Shown here: one piece after another, positions 20,572 through 30,246 of the stretch
Numbering within the stretch: the first letter of the stretch is position 1
Layout: the number at the start of each line of letters is the position of its first letter
From: Candidatus Poribacteria bacterium
GTDB taxonomy: Bacteria; Poribacteria; WGA-4E; PCPOR2b
Assembly: GCA_965215015.1 (NCBI GenBank)
Contig: OZ244042.1
Span: 4,416,001-4,480,000, forward strand
DNA length: 64,000 nucleotides
Reading direction: 5' to 3'
Translations under genes and position numbers: made by a program
Notes under the pieces: model-generated
What the model saw: the letters and a program-made list of their open reading frames with translations, nothing else
What the model was told of the DNA's origin: nothing
The model's database searches: none

Positions 20572-21177
20572 ATGAAACGGAAGTTTAGAACTTACTTAAT
20601 CTGCGTGCTATTTGTAGTAGGCTTCATTGCTTGCGGAGGGGATTCGGACGATGACGTAGATCAGCAGCCCACACAACCGTCAACCCAGCCATCAACATCG
20701 GGCGGTGAAGTCCTACAAATTGAAGTTGATTATGCAGCCGAGGAAGCAGCCATTCGAGAGGTTTTTACCCTGCACGCCGAAGGTATTGGAACGAAAGACC
20801 CTGACGTATTTATGCCGTATTGGTTGAAAAGCGAAAGCGAAGATGTCTTTGTCGCTTGGGATTTTTGGGCGGGGGCATTTGAAAAACACCTCGGTTGGCA
20901 AGCGATCAAAAAGGGATGGGTAGGTATTTTTCGCCTACGCAGCGGCAAAATGACCGTTGAATTCGAGAGCATTGCAATCGATAAAATCGGCAAAAATGCC
21001 ACCTTGCGCGGCCGTTATCAATGGGCAGTCAGCGGGGGTCTGATCGCATCAATGAAGAAGGACCGCGAAGAGGGGTGGAAAATTCAGCAAGTTGATTACA
21101 CGAATGAAAAGTTTGGAAAACAGGTTGATGAGCTTAAGGATCCGGCCTATGTGAATCCTCCACCCGAAGAAGAGTAG
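20572..21177 (+). CDS. Lipoprotein with SnoaL/NTF2-like domain
   Basis: Lipobox FIAC; EEAAIREVF...GWQAIKKGW...WKI pattern. Confidence 0.65.
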   Translation: MKRKFRTYLICVLFVVGFIACGGDSDDDVDQQPTQPSTQPSTSGGEVLQIEVDYAAEEAAIREVFTLHAEGIGTKDPDVFMPYWLKSESEDVFVAWDFWAGAFEKHLGWQAIKKGWVGIFRLRSGKMTVEFESIAIDKIGKNATLRGRYQWAVSGGLIASMKKDREEGWKIQQVDYTNEKFGKQVDELKDPAYVNPPPEEE

Positions 21178-21297
21178 AAGTGAACGCTGGTTGAATTACT
21201 GATGGATTGAGGGGCGATTAAGACTGCCTTCCTTGGTAGGAGAGGGCGTCCGATTGCCAGTGCACAACCTACACAGAATTTCTATACCCTCGCGTTT

Positions 21298-22194
21298 CTA
21301 ATGTGAAACTAATTGCCGTGAAGGTTCAAGGGTGGGAAGATAATCCGGCGTAATCTCATCACCTTCGCAGAGCACTACCGCCCTCGATATCACCCCCCAT
21401 AATTCTCGAACATTCTCCGGCCAATCATACTTATAAAGTAGGTGCATTGCTGCATCAGATACCTTGGGCGGCTTTTTGCTATCTAATTCTGCTTGTTGTT
21501 CAACGAAATGCGTCACCAAGGCTGGGAGATCTTCAAAGCGTTCTCGAAGTGGTGGGGATTGCACCATACAAACACTCAGGCGATAGTATAGATCCGATCT
21601 AAACTTCCTTTGATCGACAAACTGCTTGAGGTCGCCATGGGTTGTACCGATAATACGAACATTGGCGTAAATCGGTTTTGTTCCGCCAACACGGGTAAAA
21701 TAACCGTTTACCAGAAAATCATGCAATCGATTTTGGGTTTCGAGTGGGAGTGTATCAATTTCATCAAGGCACAGCGTGCCATCATTCGCTATTTCCAGCA
21801 TTCCTTTTTTTTCGCTAACTGCTCCCGTGAAAGCCCCCTGTTCATGACCAAATATTTCACTATTGACAAGGGATGTGCCCGTTGATGCTGTGTGAAAAGG
21901 GACAAAGGGGCCGCTTGCATACTTGCTATTATAGTGGATTATCCGGGCGATCAATTCCTTTCCGGTTCCCGTTTCTCCCTGAATTAGGACAGGCGATTGC
22001 GTTGCTGCAATCTTGTGTAAGTTGGTGCGAAACTGTTGCGTCCATGTACTTGTGCCGACTAACTCAACTTTGGGAATTGATGGCACCGAGGACCGCTGTG
22101 GCGTTTCCATTGCGCTCAAGAGTTCTTCAGCTTCATCGACAGTGACTTTGTGGGCATGAAGCAGAGCGAGTACCTTCCGTTGTGCTGCGTACAT
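21298..22194 (-). CDS. Sigma54-dependent AAA+ activator with N-terminal SHOCT-like module and no C-terminal HTH
   Basis: GETGTGKE, GAFTGA, LDEI, FRSDLYYRL, WPENVREL; the protein ends shortly after the AAA+ lid. Confidence 0.88.
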   Translation of the reverse strand: MYAAQRKVLALLHAHKVTVDEAEELLSAMETPQRSSVPSIPKVELVGTSTWTQQFRTNLHKIAATQSPVLIQGETGTGKELIARIIHYNSKYASGPFVPFHTASTGTSLVNSEIFGHEQGAFTGAVSEKKGMLEIANDGTLCLDEIDTLPLETQNRLHDFLVNGYFTRVGGTKPIYANVRIIGTTHGDLKQFVDQRKFRSDLYYRLSVCMVQSPPLRERFEDLPALVTHFVEQQAELDSKKPPKVSDAAMHLLYKYDWPENVRELWGVISRAVVLCEGDEITPDYLPTLEPSRQLVSH

Positions 22195-22253
22195 GATTGT
22201 ACCTCCTAATTTTTTATCGGCAGTCTGTTTCTTAAATTCGGCTATGATTACCC

Positions 22254-22637
22254 CTAAGCGGACTTGTGAAATACACCGCTAAGAGTTTGCATGGCTGCGA
22301 TGCCTTCCTGTGGAGACATCTCACCACACTCGATTGCCTCAAGGATTTCGAGTTGTTCCCGCCGTTTTGCGTGAGGCGCATACCCCAGCGCGTCAATGAC
22401 CTCATCCAGCTTTTTTCGTACCGTTGGGTATGAGATTCCCAGTTCTTTTTCGACCTCTTTAATGTTGCCCCTCGCAACGAGGAACGCTTCAACAAACTGC
22501 TGCTGCTCCGAAGGTAGCAGTCCAAGTTTGGAGATTGGAAAACCTCCTTCCATTGCCATTTCGCAGGAGACGCATTTCAGTTTGACAGGTTCAAGCCGCC
22601 CGTCGCAGATTGGGCAGTTGCTGATTGGTTTGCGCAT
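22254..22637 (-). CDS. DUF2089 family protein (Zn ribbon + HTH + SHOCT-like tail)
   Basis: CPIC...CVSC, GNIKEVEKELGISYPTVRKKLDEVI, EILEAIECGEMSPQE; start MRKPIS behind GAGGAG. Confidence 0.9.
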   Translation of the reverse strand: MRKPISNCPICDGRLEPVKLKCVSCEMAMEGGFPISKLGLLPSEQQQFVEAFLVARGNIKEVEKELGISYPTVRKKLDEVIDALGYAPHAKRREQLEILEAIECGEMSPQEGIAAMQTLSGVFHKSA

Positions 22638-22681
22638 AAACACTCCTCTTAACAAAAAGGATTTCGATTCTACTGCCGCAT

Positions 22682-22738
22682 ATTATAACCGGCAAAATGA
22701 CAAATGTCAAATATAATAATTAATATCATTAATTATTA
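22682..22738 (-). promoter_or_regulatory. Consensus sigma70 promoter with adjacent 11-bp inverted repeat (candidate operator)
   Basis: TTGACA-17 bp-TATAAT (22710-22682); TAATAATTAAT-atc-ATTAATTATTA at 22714-22738. Confidence 0.7.
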
Positions 22739-22901
22739 ACAGATGTTTATCAAGGATATTAATTTTATAAATTGATTTTTAATAAAACAGGTTCCAACTG
22801 TCCGAAATCTATCTGCTCTACTTCGCACCTGTTCCAAATCCTCGCTGAATTGATTTGATTACATGTTTCTATTTTATTTTTGATGACGTTGTACTATAAT
22901 T

Positions 22902-23164
22902 ACGCAAGTTGGTAGTAGTAGGCATACTCCGTATACCGTAATCGCCGTTCCATGAACCTATTGAGTTTAAGAGTTCATTAATTGTACAGACGAACCAACA
23001 TAGCCCCAGTGACTTTGAATCTCGAAGATACCTACACCGTCGCGCGATAGAACACCCGGAAACTCACCAGACCGTTCTAGGCTCTATGAACCAGGAACTG
23101 AATGTGTGTAGTCTTAGATGTCGAGTATGGAAACTCGACCTACGGACTATCTAGCAACTTGCGT
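22902..23164. mobile_element. MITE-like element, family C (IS982-like ends)
   Basis: ACGCAAGTTGGTAG ... CTAGCAACTTGCGT (13/14 inverted match); AT-rich 7-bp flanks TATAATT/TATATTA; GTAG-REP hairpins inside. Confidence 0.65.
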
Positions 23165-23218
23165 TATATTAACTCAAATTTGGGAAATTAGGCAATCAAT
23201 CAGTAGAGGAGCGATAGT

Positions 23219-24031
23219 ATGCAGACACGGAAGCTGGCAACGCTTGAGGTGCCGCCTATCGGAATGGGCACTTGGAAAACATTTGATGTCCACTCAGAGA
23301 CAGAAATTGATGTTCGCAAGAAGATTATCACATCCTGTCTCTCAGAGGGTGTTTCCTTTCTCGATTCGTCGCCGATGTACGGCGAGAGTGAAAGCGTGGT
23401 TGGCCTAACAACTGAGGGCAAGCGAGAGCAGTTTCAGTTCGCAACGAAGGTGTGGTGCACGGGACTAGCACAGGGCAGAGCCGAGATCGCCCAATCTTTT
23501 GAACGGTTTCGGACCGACTATATTGACGTCTTTCAAATCCATAATCTCTTGGATTGGGAGACCCACCTACCAACACTAGAGGAATTGAAGGCGGAGAGGA
23601 AAATCGGTCTCATTGGGATCACACACTACCTGACCCAATCCTATCCTGAGATGATTCAAATTATAAAAAGTAAACGGATTAGCACGATTCAGATCCCCTA
23701 CCACGTGTTGGAACGGACGTGTGAGCAGGAGATGCTGCCGCTTGCCGAGGAACTTGGAATCGGCGTGATTGTGATGCAGCCGCTTGGCGTAGGAAAGTTG
23801 GTGACGGGTCTCAAAAGGGAACCGGATCTCTCGCCGCTTCAAGCACATGGGATAGAGACGTGGGCACAGGCATTATTGGCGTGGATTCTCGCGGATGCGC
23901 GGGTGAGCGTGGTAATCCCGGCGACCTCAAAACCAGAACGGATTCGAGAGAACGCTACGGTAGGTCGGTTGCCTGCACTGCCGACGGAGTTGCGGGCATA
24001 TATTGAGAGGGAAGCGCGACGATGCCTCTGA
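23219..24031 (+). CDS. Aldo/keto reductase
   Basis: GMGTW, DSSPMYG, ATKV, IPATSK. Confidence 0.9.
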   Translation: MQTRKLATLEVPPIGMGTWKTFDVHSETEIDVRKKIITSCLSEGVSFLDSSPMYGESESVVGLTTEGKREQFQFATKVWCTGLAQGRAEIAQSFERFRTDYIDVFQIHNLLDWETHLPTLEELKAERKIGLIGITHYLTQSYPEMIQIIKSKRISTIQIPYHVLERTCEQEMLPLAEELGIGVIVMQPLGVGKLVTGLKREPDLSPLQAHGIETWAQALLAWILADARVSVVIPATSKPERIRENATVGRLPALPTELRAYIEREARRCL

Positions 24032-24079
24032 CCGATTTTTTGCAAAGTATAACTTGACCTTGCATGAAAGGAATTTCAC

Positions 24080-24479
24080 ATGCTGACACAAGAGCAGACC
24101 GACCTCTATCAAACCAACGGTTATATCGCCGTTGAAAACGTGATTTCAGCGAAAGATATCGCGGAGCTCCGCAAGATTACTGATAAATTTGTCATAAATC
24201 CCGCGAGGGCACTGAACATACCAACGTTTTTGACCTTGAGCCCTTGCATACGCCAGAAGCACCTCAGTTGCGGCGTCTCAAAATCCGGCACCTCTGCAGC
24301 CAATTTACGACCGGATGCTGCGGCACGACTATCTTCTCGATAGTGCTGCCCAATTGATTGGATCGAATATTCGTTATGACACCTCCAAACTTAACATGAA
24401 ATCTGCCGAATTCGGTAGCCCGGTTGAATGGCATCAGGATTTGGCGTTTGGGGGATCTGAATTTTGCTTGACACTTTAG
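24080..24479 (+). pseudogene. PhyH-family dioxygenase pseudogene (frameshifted, 3' half missing)
   Basis: MLTQEQ...NGYIAVENV in one frame; SKLNMKSAEFGSPVEWHQD in another; homology stops after WHQD. Confidence 0.8.
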
Positions 24480-24613
24480 GAGACATTTGCTACCATTTTC
24501 ACACATCTTCATAGTAACCTTTGGAGCGGATAAATGCGGATAACCTCCTTATTGCATCGGTAGTTTGCCACACAACGATTAAGAATTTGTATCAATGCGG
24601 GGGGATGACCTCG

Positions 24614-25312
24614 ATGAAATCTAATAGTGTTCTATTAATAGCTCTCATGCAGATTGTCGTTTTGATGTGCGGGACGACTAGTTTCGCAGGTACATGGCGC
24701 GACGATTTTGAAGATAGAATTACTAGGGAATGGAAAATTTACAATTTAGACCGTCAGGTTGAAAATTGGTGGATCAATAAAGGCGAGGCAGTTGGACGAA
24801 TTTTTAAGCGTGGGTTCATCAGTTTGTGGTTGACAGGGAAGTTGGATTGGGAGAATTACTCTGTTTCGTGTCGAGCAAAATTGGTCAAGGAGCGTAATGA
24901 TCCGGCGCGTGTCGGACTCACCTTACACGACAGAGGTGATGAGCACAGCCGTTATCTTTTCTTTATCAATTTCTTTTTTGGGACTGTGTCAATCACTAAA
25001 GCGGCTCCAAATGTATGGTCTACGCGGGACTTCCCTTTTGTCTCGGACATTGATACATGGTATCAACTGAGGGCAACTGTTAGTGAGGGGTTACTCGAAT
25101 TTCAGGTCAATGATCAGGTCTTTACAGCAGAAGATCCGTCTCCCCTCAAGCCCGGTCAAGCAGGGCTTGTGGTCGGTAACGCAGAAGGTCGCTTTGATGA
25201 CGTTGCAGTCACGGGATCAAGCATTAAAAACGGCGGGCCGGGGCGTCAGCGTGCTGTGAACAAATGGGGGACACTTACGACAACATGGGGACAAATCAAA
25301 CGTAACGAGTGA
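24614..25312 (+). CDS. Secreted DUF1080/LamG-like beta-sandwich protein with C-terminal TLTTTWGQIK motif
   Basis: Signal peptide; WRDDFE, WENYSV, G.AGL...FDDV.V pattern. Confidence 0.7.
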   Translation: MKSNSVLLIALMQIVVLMCGTTSFAGTWRDDFEDRITREWKIYNLDRQVENWWINKGEAVGRIFKRGFISLWLTGKLDWENYSVSCRAKLVKERNDPARVGLTLHDRGDEHSRYLFFINFFFGTVSITKAAPNVWSTRDFPFVSDIDTWYQLRATVSEGLLEFQVNDQVFTAEDPSPLKPGQAGLVVGNAEGRFDDVAVTGSSIKNGGPGRQRAVNKWGTLTTTWGQIKRNE

Positions 25313-25665
25313 AACGTAGGTACTGTGTTTGACTTGCTGATGATTCTTCTCGTGTGAATTAGTGGCTGAGAAAACGTCCATCTAGGTGCATTTAGTTTTC
25401 GGTTTTCTCTCTGTCTGAGCGGTGTGTCGGGATTCGGAAATCCCGCTCCGTTCCGAGCGTTTTCAACCGACAGGCGCACTCAATACCCCGTTCCCCGGAG
25501 GTCGGGCATCTTGCCCAATTCATGCCCCAATGCACCGAGTATCGAGATGGGGAAACCCCTCCTACTGGAAAATTGAATGCCCCTAACGTCCATCAGATTG
25601 TGCTTGCATGGACCGAGGAATTGTGTTACAATGAGATAGATTTTTGCGATAAAGGAGGCTATTGT

Positions 25666-26118
25666 TTGAGAAGCGTTGATAATCAACCGTCCGGTTTTAC
25701 ATCTACACAACTCCTCATTGTGATTGTTATTATTGGGATTGTGGTCGCTGTCGTTCTAGCGTCAGGCTTACTGGGGCAGGCAGGGAAGGCGGATCAGGCG
25801 CAAGCGGCAGAGGAAATCGAAACTATCGGCATCGCACTGGATACCTATGCGAAAGACAATGGGGATTATCCATCAACCGAGCAAGGATTGGTAGCACTCT
25901 GGGAGAAGCCTGAACAACCGCCAACTCCTGTCAATTGGAAGGGACCTTATTTGAAGGTTCCCATCACCACGGATCCATGGGGAAACATTTACATCTACAT
26001 CCGGCCCGGTGTCCATGATCGATACGGGTACGATCTTGTCTCTTTCGGTAGCGATGGACGCGAAGGTGGGACCGGCGACGCAGAAGATGTGGTCAGTTGG
26101 ATTCGTCCGGATGAGTAA
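25666..26118 (+). CDS. gspG: Type II secretion major pseudopilin GspG-like protein
   Basis: ALDTYAKDNGDYPSTEQGL, WKGPYL, DPWGN, S.GSDGREGG; TTG start behind AAAGGAGG. Confidence 0.85.
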   Translation: MRSVDNQPSGFTSTQLLIVIVIIGIVVAVVLASGLLGQAGKADQAQAAEEIETIGIALDTYAKDNGDYPSTEQGLVALWEKPEQPPTPVNWKGPYLKVPITTDPWGNIYIYIRPGVHDRYGYDLVSFGSDGREGGTGDAEDVVSWIRPDE

Positions 26119-26159
26119 AGTGTAGAGCGGAAAATTTAAGGGGTGTTGTTAATTCGTCC

Positions 26160-26873
26160 CTAGCAGGTAGCAGCGATTGCAGCTTTCAAGTCTAAGGCCC
26201 CTGTATAAAGTGCTCGACCAACGATTGCCCCATGAACTCCTATTGCTCTGAGATCTTCAACATCTTGAATTGAGGTAATCCCACCGGAGGCGATGACCTT
26301 TACCGAGACAGCGTCGGCGATGGCTCCCGTCGTTTCCAAGTTGGGCCCTTGGAGCATACCATCACTTTTGATGTCTGTATAGATGATGGTTTGAACCCCA
26401 CAATTCTCCATTTCTTTGGCAAATGCGAGGGCAGGTTTTTCAGACACATCAAGCCAGCCCCCTGTGGCGACCATCCCATCCTTTGCATCGATACCGACGG
26501 CGATTCGGGAACCGTACTTTTCACATGCGACTTCGACCAACGGTGGATTTTTGAGTGCAGCTGTTCCCAGAATTGCCCTTGTCACACCGAGTAATAGAAC
26601 CTCCTCTAGTCTTTCCATCGTCCGGATACCACCCCCCAGTTGGACGGGGATTTGAAGCGTCTCGACAATCTTCTTAACAATGTGAAGATTATCGGATACT
26701 TTACCAAATGCGCCATCAAGGTCTACAAGGTGAAGGTATTGAGCACCACCTTGTTGCCACTGTTCCGCCATTTCCACAGGCTGATCTGAGAAGATGGTTT
26801 CCTCTCCTGCTCGTCCCTGCACCAAATTTACACATTTTCCATTTCGGAGATCGATTGCTGGTAAAATTAACAC
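26160..26873 (-). CDS. hisA: ProFAR isomerase HisA
   Basis: PAIDLRNGKCV, LHLVDLDGA, QLGGGIR, TDI..DG...GPN, ASGG; likely GTG start. Confidence 0.95.
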   Translation of the reverse strand: MLILPAIDLRNGKCVNLVQGRAGEETIFSDQPVEMAEQWQQGGAQYLHLVDLDGAFGKVSDNLHIVKKIVETLQIPVQLGGGIRTMERLEEVLLLGVTRAILGTAALKNPPLVEVACEKYGSRIAVGIDAKDGMVATGGWLDVSEKPALAFAKEMENCGVQTIIYTDIKSDGMLQGPNLETTGAIADAVSVKVIASGGITSIQDVEDLRAIGVHGAIVGRALYTGALDLKAAIAATC

Positions 26874-26970
26874 GATTGTTATGACTCCCTGTTTTGGAGT
26901 GAGAAAGTAACCATTCAGGTGGTATCGATTGTACGGATTTGAATGATTCGATGAAAGAAAGGAATCGCAG

Positions 26971-27699
26971 ATGCGTCCAGTTATTGGCATTACTTGCAGT
27001 TTAACGGCGAGCCCTATCGGTGACTCTATATATCCCCTTGAGCGCAACATAATCGCGCGCGATTATGCCCGCGCGATTGAATACGCTGGGGGCACCCCGT
27101 TCCTCGTGCCACACGTTGGAGATATGGAGTGCATTAATCAATACTTGGGAGTGCTTGACGGGCTTATTCTCTCCGGCGGTGGTGACATCGATCCGTTACT
27201 ATATGGTCAGGAGCCGCATCAAAATATCGGCAGTGTTGACCGGGTGCGCGATGAGATGGAACTTCAACTCACTCAAAAGGCATTAGCCCAAGACCTGCCG
27301 ATTCTCGCAATTTGTCGTGGCATCCAGATGCTAAATGTGGCTGCGGGAGGCACGATCTATCAAGATATCGCCGCTGAAATGCCGCAGCCAACTTTGTGTC
27401 ACTCGCAAAATGGTGCAGGCTGGTATGCTTCCCATACCATTGATATTTTGTCCGATAGCCGTCTGCTGCAAATTTTCGGCAGTCCAACCGCCCGTGTTAA
27501 TTCGTTCCACCATCAAGCGGTGCGCGATGTTGGCGAAGGCTTTATGATAACTGCCAAAGCGAAGGATAACGTCATTGAAGCCATCGAAGCCCCGACTCAT
27601 CGATTTGCGATTGGTGTGCAGTGCCACCCTGAGATGATGTGGGAGCACCATCCGGAAGTACTGAATCTGTTTACGACATTTTTGAAGGCGTGCCAATGA
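26971..27699 (+). CDS. Gamma-glutamyl-gamma-aminobutyrate hydrolase family (peptidase C26)
   Basis: SGGGDIDP, ICRGIQ, VNSFHHQ, VQCHPE. Confidence 0.9.
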   Translation: MRPVIGITCSLTASPIGDSIYPLERNIIARDYARAIEYAGGTPFLVPHVGDMECINQYLGVLDGLILSGGGDIDPLLYGQEPHQNIGSVDRVRDEMELQLTQKALAQDLPILAICRGIQMLNVAAGGTIYQDIAAEMPQPTLCHSQNGAGWYASHTIDILSDSRLLQIFGSPTARVNSFHHQAVRDVGEGFMITAKAKDNVIEAIEAPTHRFAIGVQCHPEMMWEHHPEVLNLFTTFLKACQ

Positions 27700-27798
27700 C
27701 CAATCTGTAGGATAGCTCGATAGATGCTTATCAGCTATTCATTGAAGAAATCCGCTCAGATTTCTCAGTTTGTTCAGCACCTGACCTACATATTTCCG

Positions 27799-28584
27799 CT
27801 ACGCCCAAATCTTGCTTTCACGCCCTTCCACCCGATGATCATACAATAATTTTGTATCTTCTGGAAACGTATCGAAAACCTCCGCCGGAATAGGTGCTTG
27901 ATTGACGCCGTAGAGCTCCAAATTGAGCCACCACGGTGCATAGCGCACTACCACTGCAGTTCGCGGTTTTTCACTAGGACTGGCTGCATTTGAATGCCAG
28001 ATACGGCTATCCATTATCAGTACGCTGCCGGCGTCGCCTGTCGCTTGCAATTCGCCCGGAATTGGGGCGAACTCATCGATACCATCGTTTTCGCCCCTCG
28101 GATTTTTCTGACTTACATGGGTGCCGGGTACAACCCATGTGCCACCGTTGCTGGTTGTGAACGGGGTGAGCATCCACAATGTTGTGATGCCGAGGGCCGC
28201 CTTGGGAAAAGGTTGGCTAACATGCCACGGCTGTTTGAGGTCGTGTGGGAAGTCCGAATGATAAGCGCGGTTCAGCTCGTAGTGTGGTGGGCGAATCTTG
28301 TATTCGGTTTGGGAGATTCGTACTTGCGGTCCCAATATCGCTTTAACGACGTTTAACAGGCACTTGTTAGATAGGTGGGGTGCTAAGGACGGGAAAAAGG
28401 CGATAACATTTTTGGACCATCGATCATGTTCTTCGCTAAATTTTTTATATAATGGCTCAGATGTCTCTACCTCTTCACGTACCGCATCCACTTCATCTGC
28501 GGGGATAACGCCTTCTATCACACACCATCCCTCTTGCTCCAACTGTGTAACATACTTATCGGTTGCCCGATCTAATCTATCCAT
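27799..28584 (-). CDS. PhyH-family Fe(II)/2-oxoglutarate dioxygenase
   Basis: H-S-D, NGGT.VVPGTH, GSV...DSRIWH. Confidence 0.88.
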   Translation of the reverse strand: MDRLDRATDKYVTQLEQEGWCVIEGVIPADEVDAVREEVETSEPLYKKFSEEHDRWSKNVIAFFPSLAPHLSNKCLLNVVKAILGPQVRISQTEYKIRPPHYELNRAYHSDFPHDLKQPWHVSQPFPKAALGITTLWMLTPFTTSNGGTWVVPGTHVSQKNPRGENDGIDEFAPIPGELQATGDAGSVLIMDSRIWHSNAASPSEKPRTAVVVRYAPWWLNLELYGVNQAPIPAEVFDTFPEDTKLLYDHRVEGRESKIWA

Positions 28585-28622
28585 AACATATACTCCCTTT
28601 CTTGAAAACTAGTTGAAAAACT

Positions 28623-29101
28623 TTAACGATACGTCAAGCGCGGTTCCTCACGCCGCTTCTTTAAACCGCTGACAATGATCTTGTTGTTCGGTTCCTTAGC
28701 GTCTATCCCGACAGGTTTCATCTCCAACGCATGGTAACCGATCCGGACTGATTTTCGCCATTGGTCTGTCTGGTTGACGTTGGACCAGTGAATCGTGCAA
28801 TAGCTGAAGAAGATGACGTCCCCTGCCTTGGCAGGGATTGGCACGGTTTCGATTTTGTCCGGATGGTACTTCTCAGGGGGTAGATACGAACGGGTATGCT
28901 CCCCAGTGATGTGCTCAAGGGGCCCATTAGTATGGCTGCCGGGAACAATGCACAGACAACCGCTGCTTTCCTCCCCCACCAGTCTTCGATTATCAAGTTC
29001 ATGGCAGAGTTTAACTCCTTAACCTCTTCCTGTGTGAAGAGGTCCTTAACCTTGAGATAGCCGTCCTGTTTATATGCTTCGACCTGCTTTTCGGTCAGCA
29101 T
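28623..29101 (-). pseudogene. PhyH-family dioxygenase with internal deletion and frameshift
   Basis: N-terminus MLTEKQVEAYKQDGYL joins out of frame to GCLCIVPGSH...GDVIFF...IHWS; the HxD segment is missing. Confidence 0.8.
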
Positions 29102-29131
29102 CTTTTTCCCTCCTCGCCTATGAAATAACGG

Positions 29132-30154
29132 CTATGCTGCGAGTGCTTCCATCTGTTGGGTATATTTGCCGTAACGCGCAGCACTGTTACACTTTGCTCG
29201 ATGGTAAAAGATTTTCTGCGCCTTGGAGGCATTGGCAGCATTTCCACCCCATGCTTCAAGCGTTGGACCCTGCAGTGCCCGGCCATAAGAGAAGCTAAGC
29301 TCCCAGGGGCAGTTACCTATGGCGTTCATGGCGTTGAGATGTTCTGTTGCCAATTTCGCACTTTGACCACCGGAGAGGAAGACAATCCCAGGCACCGCGG
29401 TGGGTACAGCTCGGCGGAAACAGCGCACAGTTGCCTCGGCGACCTCTTGGACACCTGCTTGCACCGGGCAGTTCGTCCCCGATAGAACCATATTGGGCTT
29501 GAGCAGTGTTCCCTCAAGGATAACGCGGTGTGCATGGAGTTCAAAATAGACGCGCTTCAATGTTGCTTCCGTTATCTCCTCGCAACGTTCGATAGTGTGA
29601 GTTCCCTCCATCAACACCTCCGGCTCAACAATGGGGACCAGTCCAACCTCTTGACAGATGGCTGCGTAACGCGCTAGCGCATGGGCATTGGCATCAATAC
29701 CAGAGCGCGTCGGAAGACCATCACCGACGTTGATAACAGCTCGCCACTTACCGAATTTTGCTCCGAGTTCTCGGTATTCGGCGAGGCGTTCACGAAGTCC
29801 GTCAAGCCCCTCCGTCACTGTTTCGCCGGGGAAGCCAGCGAGATCTTTTGGACCAGTGTCAGCCTTGATGCCGGATATAATGCCTTTGTTCGTAAGCAGT
29901 TCGGGAAAAGGTGTACCGTCTTGCGTTGTCTGACGGAGGGTCTCTTCAAACAGAATGACGCCGCTGATAAATTCTTCTGTTCCCGGTGTAGTGAACAACA
30001 TCTCGCGGTAGGCACGACGATTAGTCTCAGTGCATTCAACGTTAATACTATCGAAACGCCTTTTGATAGTAGCGGAACCCTCATCCGCGGCGAGGATACC
30101 TTTGCCCGCAGGAACGAGTGCTTGGGCGATAGACTCAAGTTCGTAAGTTTTCAT
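29132..30154 (-). CDS. fbaB: Fructose-bisphosphate aldolase class I (eukaryote-type)
   Basis: GKGILAADE, KWRAV, VPIVEPEV, LLKPNM, FLSGGQS, FSYGRALQ. Confidence 0.95.
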   Translation of the reverse strand: MKTYELESIAQALVPAGKGILAADEGSATIKRRFDSINVECTETNRRAYREMLFTTPGTEEFISGVILFEETLRQTTQDGTPFPELLTNKGIISGIKADTGPKDLAGFPGETVTEGLDGLRERLAEYRELGAKFGKWRAVINVGDGLPTRSGIDANAHALARYAAICQEVGLVPIVEPEVLMEGTHTIERCEEITEATLKRVYFELHAHRVILEGTLLKPNMVLSGTNCPVQAGVQEVAEATVRCFRRAVPTAVPGIVFLSGGQSAKLATEHLNAMNAIGNCPWELSFSYGRALQGPTLEAWGGNAANASKAQKIFYHRAKCNSAARYGKYTQQMEALAA

Positions 30155-30246
30155 GGATGCAGACTCCTTTTAATAGTGTGAGGTATGCAGATAGATTAAG
30201 TAGATAGACAGAAATTCTTGTGCTTATATCCGGGGTCGATTTCACA

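Noticed and set aside
26971-27699. HisH, given adjacency to hisA
   Set aside because: Motifs match peptidase C26/PuuD, and the gene is divergent from hisA
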